Shown here: piece after piece, positions 26,451 to 36,075 of the stretch
How positions within the stretch are numbered: position 1 is the first letter of the stretch
Layout: each line of letters opens with the position of its first letter
Assembly (NCBI GenBank): GCA_963796105.1
Contig: CAWCKJ010000004.1
Coordinates: 1,504,001-1,568,000 of the forward strand
DNA length: 64,000 bases
Source of the DNA: a candidate division FCPU426 bacterium
GTDB taxonomy: Bacteria > Oederibacteriota > Muellerivitia > Muellerivitales > Muellerivitaceae
Direction: 5' to 3'
The notes under the pieces: model-generated
What the model was told of the DNA's origin: nothing
The model's database searches: none
Seen by the model: the letters and a program-made list of their open reading frames with translations, nothing else
Translations under genes and position numbers: made by a program

Positions 26451-27749
26451 ATGGAAAAAAGCGAAGCTGTAGTTCCTCCTGCTGTTTCCTCCCTCAAGGT
26501 TCCCGGTTGGAAGAAACTAGGGGCGTTCCTCATGGTCATGGGCCCCGGCTTGATCGTGATGCAGGCCGATACGGAAGCCGGAAGCATCACCACCGCCGCC
26601 GTGGCTGGCGCCCAATACGGCTATCTCCTGGTGGGACTCCTGGTAATCCTGGCAGTTCCTCTTTACGTGGTCCAGGAAATGACTGCCCGCCTTGGTTCCA
26701 TCACGGGCAGGGGCCACGCCTTCCTGATCCGCCAAAAATACGGGATGGGATGGGCCTGGGTTTCCCTTATCATCCTTTTCGCCTGCAACGTCGCGGCCCT
26801 GGTCACGGAATTCGCGGGTATCCTGAGCGCGGCCCGTCTGGCCCATATCCCGCCTTTGGTTTCCGTCTCCCTTTCTGCCGTCTTACTAGTTTTGGTCGTG
26901 GTTTCCGGCACTTACAAAACAGCCGAATACATCGCCTTGGCTTTCTGCCTGGTGGACCTTCTCTTCATTCCCGCGGCTTTCATGGCTCATCCGGATTGGG
27001 GACAGGTCGCGAAGGTGTCTTTTTCGATTCCAACAGGCCCGATTACCCGGGATTTCGTCTTGATCGTCATTGGGTTGATCGGGGCTGTCATCATGCCCTG
27101 GATGATCTATTACCAGCAAAGCGCAGTGGTAGATAAGAAACTTAAGGGCGGGGATTTGGGCTTTGAGAGGCTGGATACCGCCATCGGCGCGGTGGTGACG
27201 GAGGCCATCATGGCCTTTATCGTGATCGCCACGGGGGCCACCCTTTACATCAACCATGTTTCCATCGATGACGCCGCGCAGGCCGCCCAGGCCCTCATCC
27301 CGCTGGCGGGGAAGTACGCGGGAGCCCTTTTCGCGGTGGGGCTTGCCAGCGCCTCGTTTCTCGGGGCTTTCGTGGTGGCGGTCTCAACCGCCTGGGCTTT
27401 CGGCGAGACTTTCGGCTGGCCTCACAGCCTTAACCACCATCTTCCCCAGGCTAAGAGGTTTTACGGGTTTTACGCGGCTGGCGTGGCCCTGGCGGCGGGT
27501 ATCGTGCTGATCCCCCAGATCCCCCTGGTCCATATCATGGTCATGGTCCAGGTTGGTAACGCCCTGCTTCTTCCCATCGTGCTGGCTTTCCTGCTTCTTT
27601 TGACCAACGACAAGAACCTTTTGGGAAACGCCGTCAACGGCTGGAAGGCCAACACTTTGGTCATCGCTACCGGCGCCATTGTGATTCTTTTGGGCCTGCT
27701 GTCCGTGGGCATGACCCTATTTCCAGGCTGGCCCTCTTACCTGAAATAA
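26451..27749 (+). CDS. Nramp-family divalent metal transporter
   Basis: GPGLIV..ADTEAG, QEMTARLG..TGRG, IGAVIMPW, about 11 TM segments. Confidence 0.88.
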   Translation: MEKSEAVVPPAVSSLKVPGWKKLGAFLMVMGPGLIVMQADTEAGSITTAAVAGAQYGYLLVGLLVILAVPLYVVQEMTARLGSITGRGHAFLIRQKYGMGWAWVSLIILFACNVAALVTEFAGILSAARLAHIPPLVSVSLSAVLLVLVVVSGTYKTAEYIALAFCLVDLLFIPAAFMAHPDWGQVAKVSFSIPTGPITRDFVLIVIGLIGAVIMPWMIYYQQSAVVDKKLKGGDLGFERLDTAIGAVVTEAIMAFIVIATGATLYINHVSIDDAAQAAQALIPLAGKYAGALFAVGLASASFLGAFVVAVSTAWAFGETFGWPHSLNHHLPQAKRFYGFYAAGVALAAGIVLIPQIPLVHIMVMVQVGNALLLPIVLAFLLLLTNDKNLLGNAVNGWKANTLVIATGAIVILLGLLSVGMTLFPGWPSYLK

Positions 27750-27807
27750 GCCTTTCTTTCAAAGGCGTTAACACCACACCTGTCCAAAATAATACTTAAC
27801 CACGGAT

Positions 27808-27883
27808 GTGCCGATCATCCATAAAACCATAGGGAGACCGGTACGATACCAGCCTCCATTTCAGCTTTATGGAAGGCTGGCAT
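27808..27883 (-). repeat. Bipartite hairpin (BIME-like) repeat
   Basis: GTGCCGATC...ACCGGTAC plus TACCAGCCT...AGGCTGGCA; inverted counterpart at 33198-33272. Confidence 0.65.
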
Positions 27884-27931
27884 GCATGGGATATAAACCA
27901 TAAACATTTAAAGCCTTTTTCTTTATTTAGC

Positions 27932-27966
27932 TTCAAAACTCAAAATTTAACATTGGTTTTCAAGAT
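27932..27966 (+). repeat. 35-bp direct repeat, left copy
   Basis: TTCAAAACTCAAAATTTAACATTGGTTTTCAAGAT, identical to 33295-33329. Confidence 0.9.
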
Positions 27967-27998
27967 TCCCCGCCGGCGGGGCCGCCACGGCGAGGCGG

Positions 27999-28709
27999 TT
28001 ATCCATTAAACACCCCCGATTGCCACCGGGCGAGGATCTCCCGCACCTCGGGCTCGACCCTTTCCCTCGCCTCATGGCGTTCCAGGCCCCTGGAGAAAAA
28101 CTCCTCGTAATGAGTGTGCCGGTGGCGGATATAGGCCCTGACGCCCAGTGAAATGGCCGCGGGGTCGAAAGCCTTGGCGGCGGCGCCGCGGCCCACCCGG
28201 CCGCTATATTTGCGGCAGGCGTGACGCGCGATTCCCGCCGCCTCGTTGGGGGGGCATTGGGGGAACTCCTTGAGGATGTGTTCCGCGAACTGTTGGATGT
28301 AAACCGCGTCTTCCTGGGCGCGTCTTTCAGCTTCCCGGAGCCGCCGGGCTTCCCGCGAGGCCGCGTCGGACAGGCATTCCTTTTCGGCCCGGTCGATCGC
28401 ATCCGGTTCCGCCAGGATCCCCTGGCGCTCATACCGTTTGCGGGCCGGGGCCCACCTCAACACGACCGCGTGAAGACGCGAGTATTTGGAGGCCCGGCGG
28501 GTCAGGGCCGCGTTGCCTGGCGCCAGGAATTCCAAATGGCCCATGTCCGCGCAGGAAAGGCAAAGCGCCCCCTTGGGCCCCTCCAAGCGGATGATCCGGC
28601 CGGGGAGGAGTTCTTGGCCGCATTCCCCGCATACGGTTTCTTTCCGGGTCATGAAGGTCAAAAGACGGTTTGGGTACCCGGATATGGGGGGGAATTCCGT
28701 TTCAGGCAT
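27999..28709 (-). CDS. DUF2293-domain protein with N-terminal Zn ribbon
   Basis: CGEC..CLSCAD, GNAALTRRA, RKRYERQG, FPQCP, SGRVGR, AYIRHRHT.Y. Confidence 0.85.
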   Translation of the reverse strand: MPETEFPPISGYPNRLLTFMTRKETVCGECGQELLPGRIIRLEGPKGALCLSCADMGHLEFLAPGNAALTRRASKYSRLHAVVLRWAPARKRYERQGILAEPDAIDRAEKECLSDAASREARRLREAERRAQEDAVYIQQFAEHILKEFPQCPPNEAAGIARHACRKYSGRVGRGAAAKAFDPAAISLGVRAYIRHRHTHYEEFFSRGLERHEARERVEPEVREILARWQSGVFNG

Positions 28710-28869
28710 GTTAAGCCGTCCTTTCTGTTCATTCCCGGCGGCGGATAAAGGCCCGCGGCCCTCAGCCAGCGGACAGCCCAGCCGCCGCCGGATATTTTAA
28801 AATCCGAACGGCAAGCCGGGCAATGGAAACTTTCCGTATAGGCGAGAAACTTTCAAGGGGGAAAATATT

Positions 28870-31800
28870 TTGGTAGGATGTCCCATGCTTTCCGCGTCCC
28901 CCCAAATGAAATCTCCCCTCAAAACCATGCCGGTCCCGGCGGATATCCGGGTTTTGCACGGCTCGTGGATACCGTCCTCAAAAGGAGAAAGGGGATTTTT
29001 CCTGTTGTGGGGGGAAGGCGTCCGGGAACAGCCGGATCGCCGCCTTGAAATAACCGGTAAAAAAAAGAAAGACCGCAAACCCCCGCCGGCAACACCCCGG
29101 CATCCCTGCCTGGTTCCCGCCAAATATTTGAAGGCGATCTTGGACGCAACGGAGAGGGAAACAACCTTGACCCTTCCGGGACGAGATGGAATGCCCTTGC
29201 CGGGCCATCCGCTTTTGGAGGACATGGATCTTCCAGGGCGGGTGGCCCCAGGGGGCAAAAACCCCGCCCCCGCCAAGGCTCCGGCGGGCGGACGGGCGGG
29301 AGTCTTGGGCTTGGCCCTTTGGCAAGTTCGGGGGTTGGCCGTGACTTCCGGGCTTATCACCAGCCTTTTGGGCCTTCCCGACGGGGAAGAATTGAAAGAA
29401 CTTGGATTCCTGGCCGCCGATGACCTGCTTTTTTGGAGTTCAGCCGCGCGGCTGGCTTGGGAAATGGCCGCGGGGGAAAATTTTCTTCCGGCCCTAGCGG
29501 GAACGGTAGCCCAAACGGCGGGCTTTTGGAAGCCCTTGTGGGACACTGGGGAAGCCGGGGAAAAACTCAAGATCCTATCGGAGGCATTTCCGCCATCGGT
29601 TTTGGCCCCGGTCCTGGATCCCGGGACCAGGCGGTCCCCCTTGACGGGGGAGGAATTAACCAGGGATTTTATCGCCAGCGCGGTGGACCAGGAAGTCCGC
29701 CGTGCCGCCAGGGAAGTCCTCTCCCTTTCCCATCCGGCCACGCCGCAGGAAGCCTGGCTGGCGTCATTGGCCTCGGAAGACGGGGCCGTCCCCGCGGGCG
29801 CCGGGGATATGGCGGCCCTGGCGGATTCCCTCCGGGAATGGGAGGACCGTCGCCGGGCCCCCTGCAGGGATGGTTTGCGCGTGGTCCTGAGATTGTCGCC
29901 TCCGGGCCCGGTATCCCCGAAATGGTCCTTGGAGTACCTTCTACAGCCTATGGCTGATCCGAGTTTCCTGGTTCCGGCCAAGGACCTGTGGCGGGACTCA
30001 TCGGCCCGCCGGAGGCTGGCGGTTTTTTCCCCCGCCGACCCGGACGACATCCTTTTGAGCGCCCTGGGGCTGGCCGGACGCCTTTTTCCGCCCATCGACG
30101 CGGGACTCAGGAAATCGAAACCATCCGCCCAAGCCCTGGACGACCAACAGGCCTATGCCTTCCTCCAAAACGCCGCGCCCGCCTTGACGCTGGCGGGATT
30201 CAGCGTGCTCTTGCCTCCCTGGTGGAGGTCCAAGTCCGCGCCAAGGCTGGGCTTGCGGGTGAAAATGAAGCCGCGGGGCGAGGGGGCGGGCCTGGCTGAT
30301 TCGCTGGATATCGATTGGGAACTGGCCTTGGGCGACAAGACCTTGTCTGTCAGGGAATTGGAAGCCTTGGCGGACCTGAAAATTCCCCTGGTCCAAGTCC
30401 GGGGCCAATGGATTGAGGTGGACCCCGCCGCCTTGAGGGAAGCGCTGAGCCATTGGGACCGTTTCTCCGAAAAACCCAGGGACTTGGGGGAAATACTGAG
30501 GTCCATAAGGGAATCAGGCGGGCTTGAAATCGCTTCGGTGACGGGCGAGGGATGGGTCAAGGAGCTTTTCGAGGGATCGGAGGAAGGCGCTTTCAAAGTC
30601 CTTCCCCCGCCCGAGGGGCTTCAAGCCAAACTGCGGCCCTACCAGGAACGGGGTTTTTCTTGGCTTTCCTTCCTCGGCCGCCTGGGCCTGGGCGCCTGCC
30701 TGGCCGACGATATGGGCCTGGGGAAAACCCTCCAAACCCTGGCATTCCTCCTGCGCGAGAAGACGGAGGGGCGCCTGGATAAGCCCGCCCTGCTCCTGTG
30801 CCCCACTTCCGTGGCGGGCAACTGGGTCAAGGAGTCGGAACGCTTCACGCCGGGCTTGCGCGTCCACCTGCGCCACGGACTGGACCGGACTCGTTCCGCC
30901 GCGTCTTTCCAAAAAGAAACCGGGAACAGCGACCTGGTGGTCACCACCTACGGCCTGGCCCGGAGGGAAGAGGAACTTCTAGCCGGCATGGACTGGGCCG
31001 GGGTGATCCTGGACGAGGCCCAAAACATCAAGAACCCCGAGGCCCGGCAAAGCCGCGCCGCGCGGTCCCTCAAGGGGCGGTTCCGCCTGGCATTGACCGG
31101 CACCCCGGTGGAGAACCGCCTTTCCGAGCTTTGGTCCATCTTCGAGTTCCTGAATCCGGGCTTCCTGGGTTCCTATAACGACTTTTCCCGGCGCTTCGCC
31201 GCGCCGGTGGAGCGGTACCAGGACGGCCGCGCCGCCTCGCGCCTCAAGCGGCTGACCCAGCCCTTCCTCCTGAGGCGCCTCAAGACGGACCGCCGGATCA
31301 TTTCCGACCTGCCTGAAAAGCTGGAAATGAAGGTCTATTGCGGCCTCACCCGGGAACAGGCCACGCTTTACCAGGCGGTGGTGAAGGAGATGACCGCCAA
31401 GATCGAGGATTCGGAAGGCATCACCCGGCGGGGCCTGGTCCTGGCCACCCTCACCAAGCTCAAGCAGGTCCTCAACCACCCCGCCCATTTCCTGGGGGAC
31501 GGAAGCCCCCTGCCGGGCCGGTCAGGAAAGCTTACCCGCCTCACCGAGATGCTGGAGGAGGCCCTTTCGGCGGGCGATTCCGCGCTGGTTTTCACCCAGT
31601 ACACCCAGATGGGGGAGATGCTCAACCGGCATTTACGGCAATCCCTCCTGGAGCCGGTGCTGTTCTTCCACGGGGGCCTGGCCAAGGCCGCGAGGGACCG
31701 CATGGTGGAGGACCTCCAGGCCGGCAAGTCCCGGATCATGGTCCTCTCGCTCAAGGCCGGGGGCACGGGTTTGAACCTGACCAAGGCGAACCACGTGTTC

Positions 31801-32064
31801 CACTATGACCGCTGGTGGAACCCGGCGGTGGAGAACCAGGCCACGGACCGGGCTTTCCGCATCGGCCAAACCAAGAAGGTGCAGGTGCGTAAGTTCCTGT
31901 GCGCCGGCACCCTGGAGGAGAAGATCGACCAGCTCATCGAGTCCAAAAAGGCCCTGGCGGGGCAGGTGCTGGGAGCGGGCGAGAATTGGCTGACGGAGCT
32001 TTCCAACGGCGAATTGCGCGACTTGTTCGCCCTGAGGCGGGAAGCCCTGGAGGAGGCAACATGA
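28870..32064 (+). CDS. SNF2-family helicase (DUF3670-type)
   Basis: LRPYQERG, LADDMGLGKT, DEAQNIKN, LTGTPVEN, DRWWNPAVENQATDRAFRIGQ; true start may lie up to 28927. Confidence 0.93.
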   Translation: MVGCPMLSASPQMKSPLKTMPVPADIRVLHGSWIPSSKGERGFFLLWGEGVREQPDRRLEITGKKKKDRKPPPATPRHPCLVPAKYLKAILDATERETTLTLPGRDGMPLPGHPLLEDMDLPGRVAPGGKNPAPAKAPAGGRAGVLGLALWQVRGLAVTSGLITSLLGLPDGEELKELGFLAADDLLFWSSAARLAWEMAAGENFLPALAGTVAQTAGFWKPLWDTGEAGEKLKILSEAFPPSVLAPVLDPGTRRSPLTGEELTRDFIASAVDQEVRRAAREVLSLSHPATPQEAWLASLASEDGAVPAGAGDMAALADSLREWEDRRRAPCRDGLRVVLRLSPPGPVSPKWSLEYLLQPMADPSFLVPAKDLWRDSSARRRLAVFSPADPDDILLSALGLAGRLFPPIDAGLRKSKPSAQALDDQQAYAFLQNAAPALTLAGFSVLLPPWWRSKSAPRLGLRVKMKPRGEGAGLADSLDIDWELALGDKTLSVRELEALADLKIPLVQVRGQWIEVDPAALREALSHWDRFSEKPRDLGEILRSIRESGGLEIASVTGEGWVKELFEGSEEGAFKVLPPPEGLQAKLRPYQERGFSWLSFLGRLGLGACLADDMGLGKTLQTLAFLLREKTEGRLDKPALLLCPTSVAGNWVKESERFTPGLRVHLRHGLDRTRSAASFQKETGNSDLVVTTYGLARREEELLAGMDWAGVILDEAQNIKNPEARQSRAARSLKGRFRLALTGTPVENRLSELWSIFEFLNPGFLGSYNDFSRRFAAPVERYQDGRAASRLKRLTQPFLLRRLKTDRRIISDLPEKLEMKVYCGLTREQATLYQAVVKEMTAKIEDSEGITRRGLVLATLTKLKQVLNHPAHFLGDGSPLPGRSGKLTRLTEMLEEALSAGDSALVFTQYTQMGEMLNRHLRQSLLEPVLFFHGGLAKAARDRMVEDLQAGKSRIMVLSLKAGGTGLNLTKANHVFHYDRWWNPAVENQATDRAFRIGQTKKVQVRKFLCAGTLEEKIDQLIESKKALAGQVLGAGENWLTELSNGELRDLFALRREALEEAT

Positions 32065-33071
32065 GCGAATGGGGCTTGTATTACCCGCGTTCCACGCCGC
32101 GAAAGGCCAAGGACGGGATACGCCTTCGGGCGGGGAAGGGAGCCGCCCAAAGCTGGTGGGGGGAGAAATGGGTCGCGGCCCTGGAATCCTTCGGCTGGCA
32201 CACCCGCCTGACCCGGGGCCGCAACTACGCCCGGAGCGGCCAGGTGGTCTCCATCGACCTGAAGCCGGGCGAGGTCCTGGCCAGGGTGCAGGGCTCCAAG
32301 CCCAAGCCCTATGAGGTCCGCATCGGGCTGAGGCGCACCCCCCGCAAGGATTGGCTGCGGGTGGCCGACATCCTGGCCAAGAAAGCCGTCTTCACCGCGA
32401 AACTCCTGGCGGGGGAAATGCCCGAGGGGCTGGATGAGGCGTTCCGGAAAGAGGGCATCCCCTTGTTTCCCAAAAGCAAGAAGGACCTGGAGATGGAATG
32501 CTCCTGTCCCGACTGGGAGAATCCCTGCAAGCACATCGCCGCCGCCTACTACATATTGGCCCAGGAACTGGACCGGGACCCCTTTCTGCTGTTGAGGATA
32601 CGGGGCTTGGAGAAGGAGGATTTCCTGTCCCAGGTCCGCTCTTCCCGGCGCCAAGGACCCTCCATCCCGGGTGATCCTGACGGACACCGGCCTCCTGGGT
32701 TCGCGCCGCCCGCGGGGAAAAAAGCGGAAAAAACGGGCAAAGCCGCCTCCGGGGCAAAATTGTCCGCTGGGGATTTGGGGGATTTTTACCGCCTGGCCCG
32801 GGAACTTCCGGCGGACTGGGGGCCCAATCCTGACCGCGTCGCGCGAGCCCCCGCTCCCGGGTCGCTCATCAAGGAAATGGGAGTGCCGCCCTTTTGGAGG
32901 GGAGACGTTTCCTTCACGGAAATCCTCCGGAAGGTCATGGAGTCGGTTCGGACTAACGCCGCAGTCCAGGCGGGGATGACTGGACCTCGGGGGAAAGCAA
33001 TGGATCAGGCATTAGCCCGGAAAGCCAGCCGGGGGGATGTTTCACGAAAAAATCCGAATAGCCGATTCTGA
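32061..33071 (+). CDS. SWIM zinc-finger protein (SNF2 partner)
   Basis: ATG overlapping the SNF2 stop (ATGA); RL.RGR.YAR, CSCPDWENPCKH, DPFLL..RG. Confidence 0.92.
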   Translation: MSEWGLYYPRSTPRKAKDGIRLRAGKGAAQSWWGEKWVAALESFGWHTRLTRGRNYARSGQVVSIDLKPGEVLARVQGSKPKPYEVRIGLRRTPRKDWLRVADILAKKAVFTAKLLAGEMPEGLDEAFRKEGIPLFPKSKKDLEMECSCPDWENPCKHIAAAYYILAQELDRDPFLLLRIRGLEKEDFLSQVRSSRRQGPSIPGDPDGHRPPGFAPPAGKKAEKTGKAASGAKLSAGDLGDFYRLARELPADWGPNPDRVARAPAPGSLIKEMGVPPFWRGDVSFTEILRKVMESVRTNAAVQAGMTGPRGKAMDQALARKASRGDVSRKNPNSRF

Positions 33072-33197
33072 GTTCCATGGGCTTGCCAGCGCAGGGTCGT
33101 TGACCTTCCGGATGATGCCGGGGTCCTGCCCGCATTTCAACGGCAATTTTTAATTTTGAATGTTAAATGTTGAATTATTGAGGATTTCCATTTATCG

Positions 33198-33272
33198 CGC
33201 CAGCCTTCTATAAAACTAAAACGAGGCTGGTACTGTACTAATTTCATTAACTGTCTAATGGGAAATTGGCAC
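33198..33272 (+). repeat. Bipartite hairpin (BIME-like) repeat
   Basis: GCCAGCCT...AGGCTGGTA plus GTACTAATT...AATTGGCAC. Confidence 0.65.
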
Positions 33273-33294
33273 GGAAATCTACCAAAATTTAGAA

Positions 33295-33329
33295 TTCAAA
33301 ACTCAAAATTTAACATTGGTTTTCAAGAT
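33295..33329 (+). repeat. 35-bp direct repeat, right copy
   Basis: Identical to 27932-27966. Confidence 0.9.
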
Positions 33330-33397
33330 GCCTTGCCACAGGTGTCAGGAGCCCAACCCGCTCACATTTCCGCCGGTAAACTAGGATAACCTGGTGA

Positions 33398-34012
33398 CAC
33401 CTACCGGCATGGGGGTCTCAGCTACCGGCATGGCGGGAATCACCTACCGGCATGGGGGTCTCAGCTACCGGCATGGCGGGGATCGCCTACCGGCATGAGG
33501 TTCTCAGCTGCCGGCATGGCGGGAATCACCTACCGGCATGAGGTTCTCAGCTACCGGCATGGCGGGGATCGCCTACCGGCATGGGGGTCTCAGCTACCGG
33601 CATGGCGGGAATCACCTACCGGCATGGGGGTCTCAGCTACCGGCATGGTGGGAATCACCTACCGGCATGGGGGTCTCAGCTACCGGCATGGCGGGGATCG
33701 CCTACCGGCATGAGGTTCTCAGCTACCGGCATGGCGGGAATCACCTACCGGCATGAGGTTCTCAGCTACCGGCATGGCGGGGATTGCCTACCGGCATGGG
33801 GGTCTCAGCTACCGGCATGGCGGGAATCACCTACCGGCATGAGGTTCTCAGCTACCGGCATGGCGGGGATCGCCTACCGGCATGAGGTTCTCAACTACCG
33901 GCATGGCGGGGATCGCCTACCGGCATGGGGGTCTCAGCTACCGGCATGGCGGGGATCGCCTACCGGCATGAGGTTCTCAACTACCGGCATGGCAGGGTTC
34001 GCCTACTGGCAT
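33398..34012. repeat. Tandem array of 14 x 43-bp units plus a partial unit; CTACCGGCATG core every 21/22 bp
   Basis: Unit CRC-CTACCGGCATG-RGGKTCTCAR-CTACCGGCATG-GCGGGRAT read directly. Confidence 0.97.
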
Positions 34013-34450
34013 ATTCCTGGGCTCTTATTTGCAGGCGAGTTTTCCACCAATCCGGGGTCAAGTTTTCCGTCGTCCGGTGCCGGGTTTCCGCCATCCGGAG
34101 ACGGGCTTTCCGGCGACATGGCGGTCGGGTGGAGCGGCAGGCATGTCGGAGGCCCTGTCGGAATGGGCGGTCCGACTGCTGGCATTGACGTTGAGTCCGC
34201 CTAATTCTTTATTTCTTGCAACAATTCTTCATTTTTCATTGCCTTGCCGTGAGCTTGTCGAATCCGTCATTTTTCGTTTTTTCCCCGTTTTCTCCTAACT
34301 TTTTTGATGTTCCTCATTTTCCATTCTACATTGTTCATTTTTCATTGTTTTCCGTTGGTGGCATAATGAGGGCCGGTTTTTGGCGTATGACGTAAGATAA
34401 ACTGAAAATTAATAAAAAACTCAACTTTGGAAAATTTTTAGGCCGTTGGT

Positions 34451-34559
34451 TCTTCCCCCTCTGAAAGAGGGGGATTAAGGGGAAGTTAGAATTGTTTTGG
34501 GTTTTAGCAACAACTAATACCCCCCTATCCCCCCTTTTTCAAAGGGGGGAATAGCTATC
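34451..34559 (+). repeat. REP/MITE-like element (CCCCCTCTnAAAGAGGGGG family) upstream of hsdM
   Basis: Close match to 26233-26340. Confidence 0.75.
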
Positions 34560-34617
34560 TAAAGCATGTCTTTCGAAATTTGCCAAAGTTGAGTAAAAAA
34601 TATAAATAAAGGCCCCC

Positions 34618-36075
34618 ATGTTCGAACAAGCATTTAAAAACATTGATGATGTGCTTTATAAAGAAGATGGTTGCAGCACGGAACTCGATTATGCCGAGCA
34701 ATCCTCTTGGCTCCTTTTCTTAAAATACCTCGATGGGTTAGAGCAGGAACGCGCGACGGCGGCTAAGCTGGACGGCAAGAGATACAGCTATATCCTCGAT
34801 GAACCTTATCGCTGGGCGTCTTGGGCCGCGCCTAAAACTAAGGATGGAAAATTAGACCATAACAATGCCCAAACCGGCGATGATTTGCGCGACTTTGTGG
34901 ATAAAAAACTTTTCCCGTATTTTCGGGCATTTAAGAGTAAGGCGAGTGGGCCCAACACCATCGAATACAAAATCGGGGAAATCTTTAGTGAGATAAAAAA
35001 TAGGATTCAAAGCGGTTACAACATGCGCGAGATCATCGACCACATCGATGAATTGCGGTTCGGCTCACAAAAAGATAAGCACGAACTTTCCCACCTATAC
35101 GAAGCCAAGATAAAGAATATGGGAAACGCCGGGAGGAATGGCGGTCAGTATTACACTCCCCGCCCATTGATCCGGGCCATTATCCAGGTCGTTAAGCCCG
35201 AATTAGGGGAGCGCATTTACGACGGGGCGGTCGGGTCTGCGGGCTTCTTATGCGAGTCTTACAACTACCTCTTGGCCAACAATCCCAAACGATCCACGGC
35301 ACAGGATAAGACCTTGCAAGAGCGTACCTTTTATGGGAAGGAAAAGAAGTCCCTCGCCTATGTCATAGCCATCATGAACATGATTTTACATGGCATTGAA
35401 GCGCCTAATATCATCCATACCAACACGCTTTCCGAGAACCTCGCCGACATCCAGGAAAAAGACCGTTATGAGGTTGTAGTAGCCAATCCGCCCTTTGGTG
35501 GTGGGGAACGAAAGGAAGTTCAGCAAAATTTTCCCATCCGCACCGGGGAAACCGCCTTTTTGTTCCTTCAGCATTTCATCAAAATCCTAAAAGCTGGTGG
35601 ACGCGGCGGCGTAGTTATCAAAAACACTTTTCTATCCAATACCGATAATGCCTCCACCTCTCTGCGTAAACTGCTCTTGGAAAGTTGCAACCTCCATACC
35701 GTGCTCGATTGCCCCGGAGGTACGTTCCTGGGCGCGGGGGTAAAGACCGTTGTACTCTTCTTCGAGAAAGGCGTACCCACCCGGAAGATTTGGTATTACC
35801 AGCTTGATCCTGGCCGCAACATGGGCAAGACCAACTCACTTAACGACGATGACCTTTCCGAATTTGTGAAGTTGCAAAAGAAATTCGCCGATTCACCAAA
35901 GTCGTGGTCGGTGGATGCCAAGGGTATTGATAAGGAAACCTTCGATCTTTCCGTAAAGAACCCCAACGGTGGCGAGGAAGTTAAACACCGTAATCCAAAG
36001 GCGATCATGGACGAAATTGCCAAGCTCGATTCAGAAAGCGCCAAAGTGTTGGGAAACATCAGGAAGTTGGTATGA
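34618..36075 (+). CDS. hsdM: Type I R-M methyltransferase subunit (m6A)
   Basis: GQYYTPRPLI, YDGAVGSAGFL, NPPF. Confidence 0.96.
   Translation: MFEQAFKNIDDVLYKEDGCSTELDYAEQSSWLLFLKYLDGLEQERATAAKLDGKRYSYILDEPYRWASWAAPKTKDGKLDHNNAQTGDDLRDFVDKKLFPYFRAFKSKASGPNTIEYKIGEIFSEIKNRIQSGYNMREIIDHIDELRFGSQKDKHELSHLYEAKIKNMGNAGRNGGQYYTPRPLIRAIIQVVKPELGERIYDGAVGSAGFLCESYNYLLANNPKRSTAQDKTLQERTFYGKEKKSLAYVIAIMNMILHGIEAPNIIHTNTLSENLADIQEKDRYEVVVANPPFGGGERKEVQQNFPIRTGETAFLFLQHFIKILKAGGRGGVVIKNTFLSNTDNASTSLRKLLLESCNLHTVLDCPGGTFLGAGVKTVVLFFEKGVPTRKIWYYQLDPGRNMGKTNSLNDDDLSEFVKLQKKFADSPKSWSVDAKGIDKETFDLSVKNPNGGEEVKHRNPKAIMDEIAKLDSESAKVLGNIRKLV

Noticed and set aside
28797..30095. 432-aa minus-strand ORF and similar long antisense ORFs (5091-6269, 41799-42821, 43591-45060, 53484-54464)
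   Set aside because: Shadow frames of well-supported genes in GC-rich DNA, with no recognisable motifs.
31899..32060. N-terminal extension of the SWIM ORF given by the ORF track
   Set aside because: It overlaps the conserved SNF2 C-terminus; ATG 32061 has a GGAGG RBS and an ATGA overlap.
33267..33285. Sigma54 promoter at TTGGCACG
   Set aside because: No GC at the -12 position; the word is part of the hairpin repeat stem.
33398..34012. CRISPR array
   Set aside because: The constant core is only 11 bp, the 10-11 bp linkers recur rather than being unique, and there are no cas genes in the window.
33495..34298. ORFs in the repeat array (e.g. 33581-34204)
   Set aside because: The 43-bp unit cycles through all frames and gives the same peptide in each; these look like by-products of the repeat.
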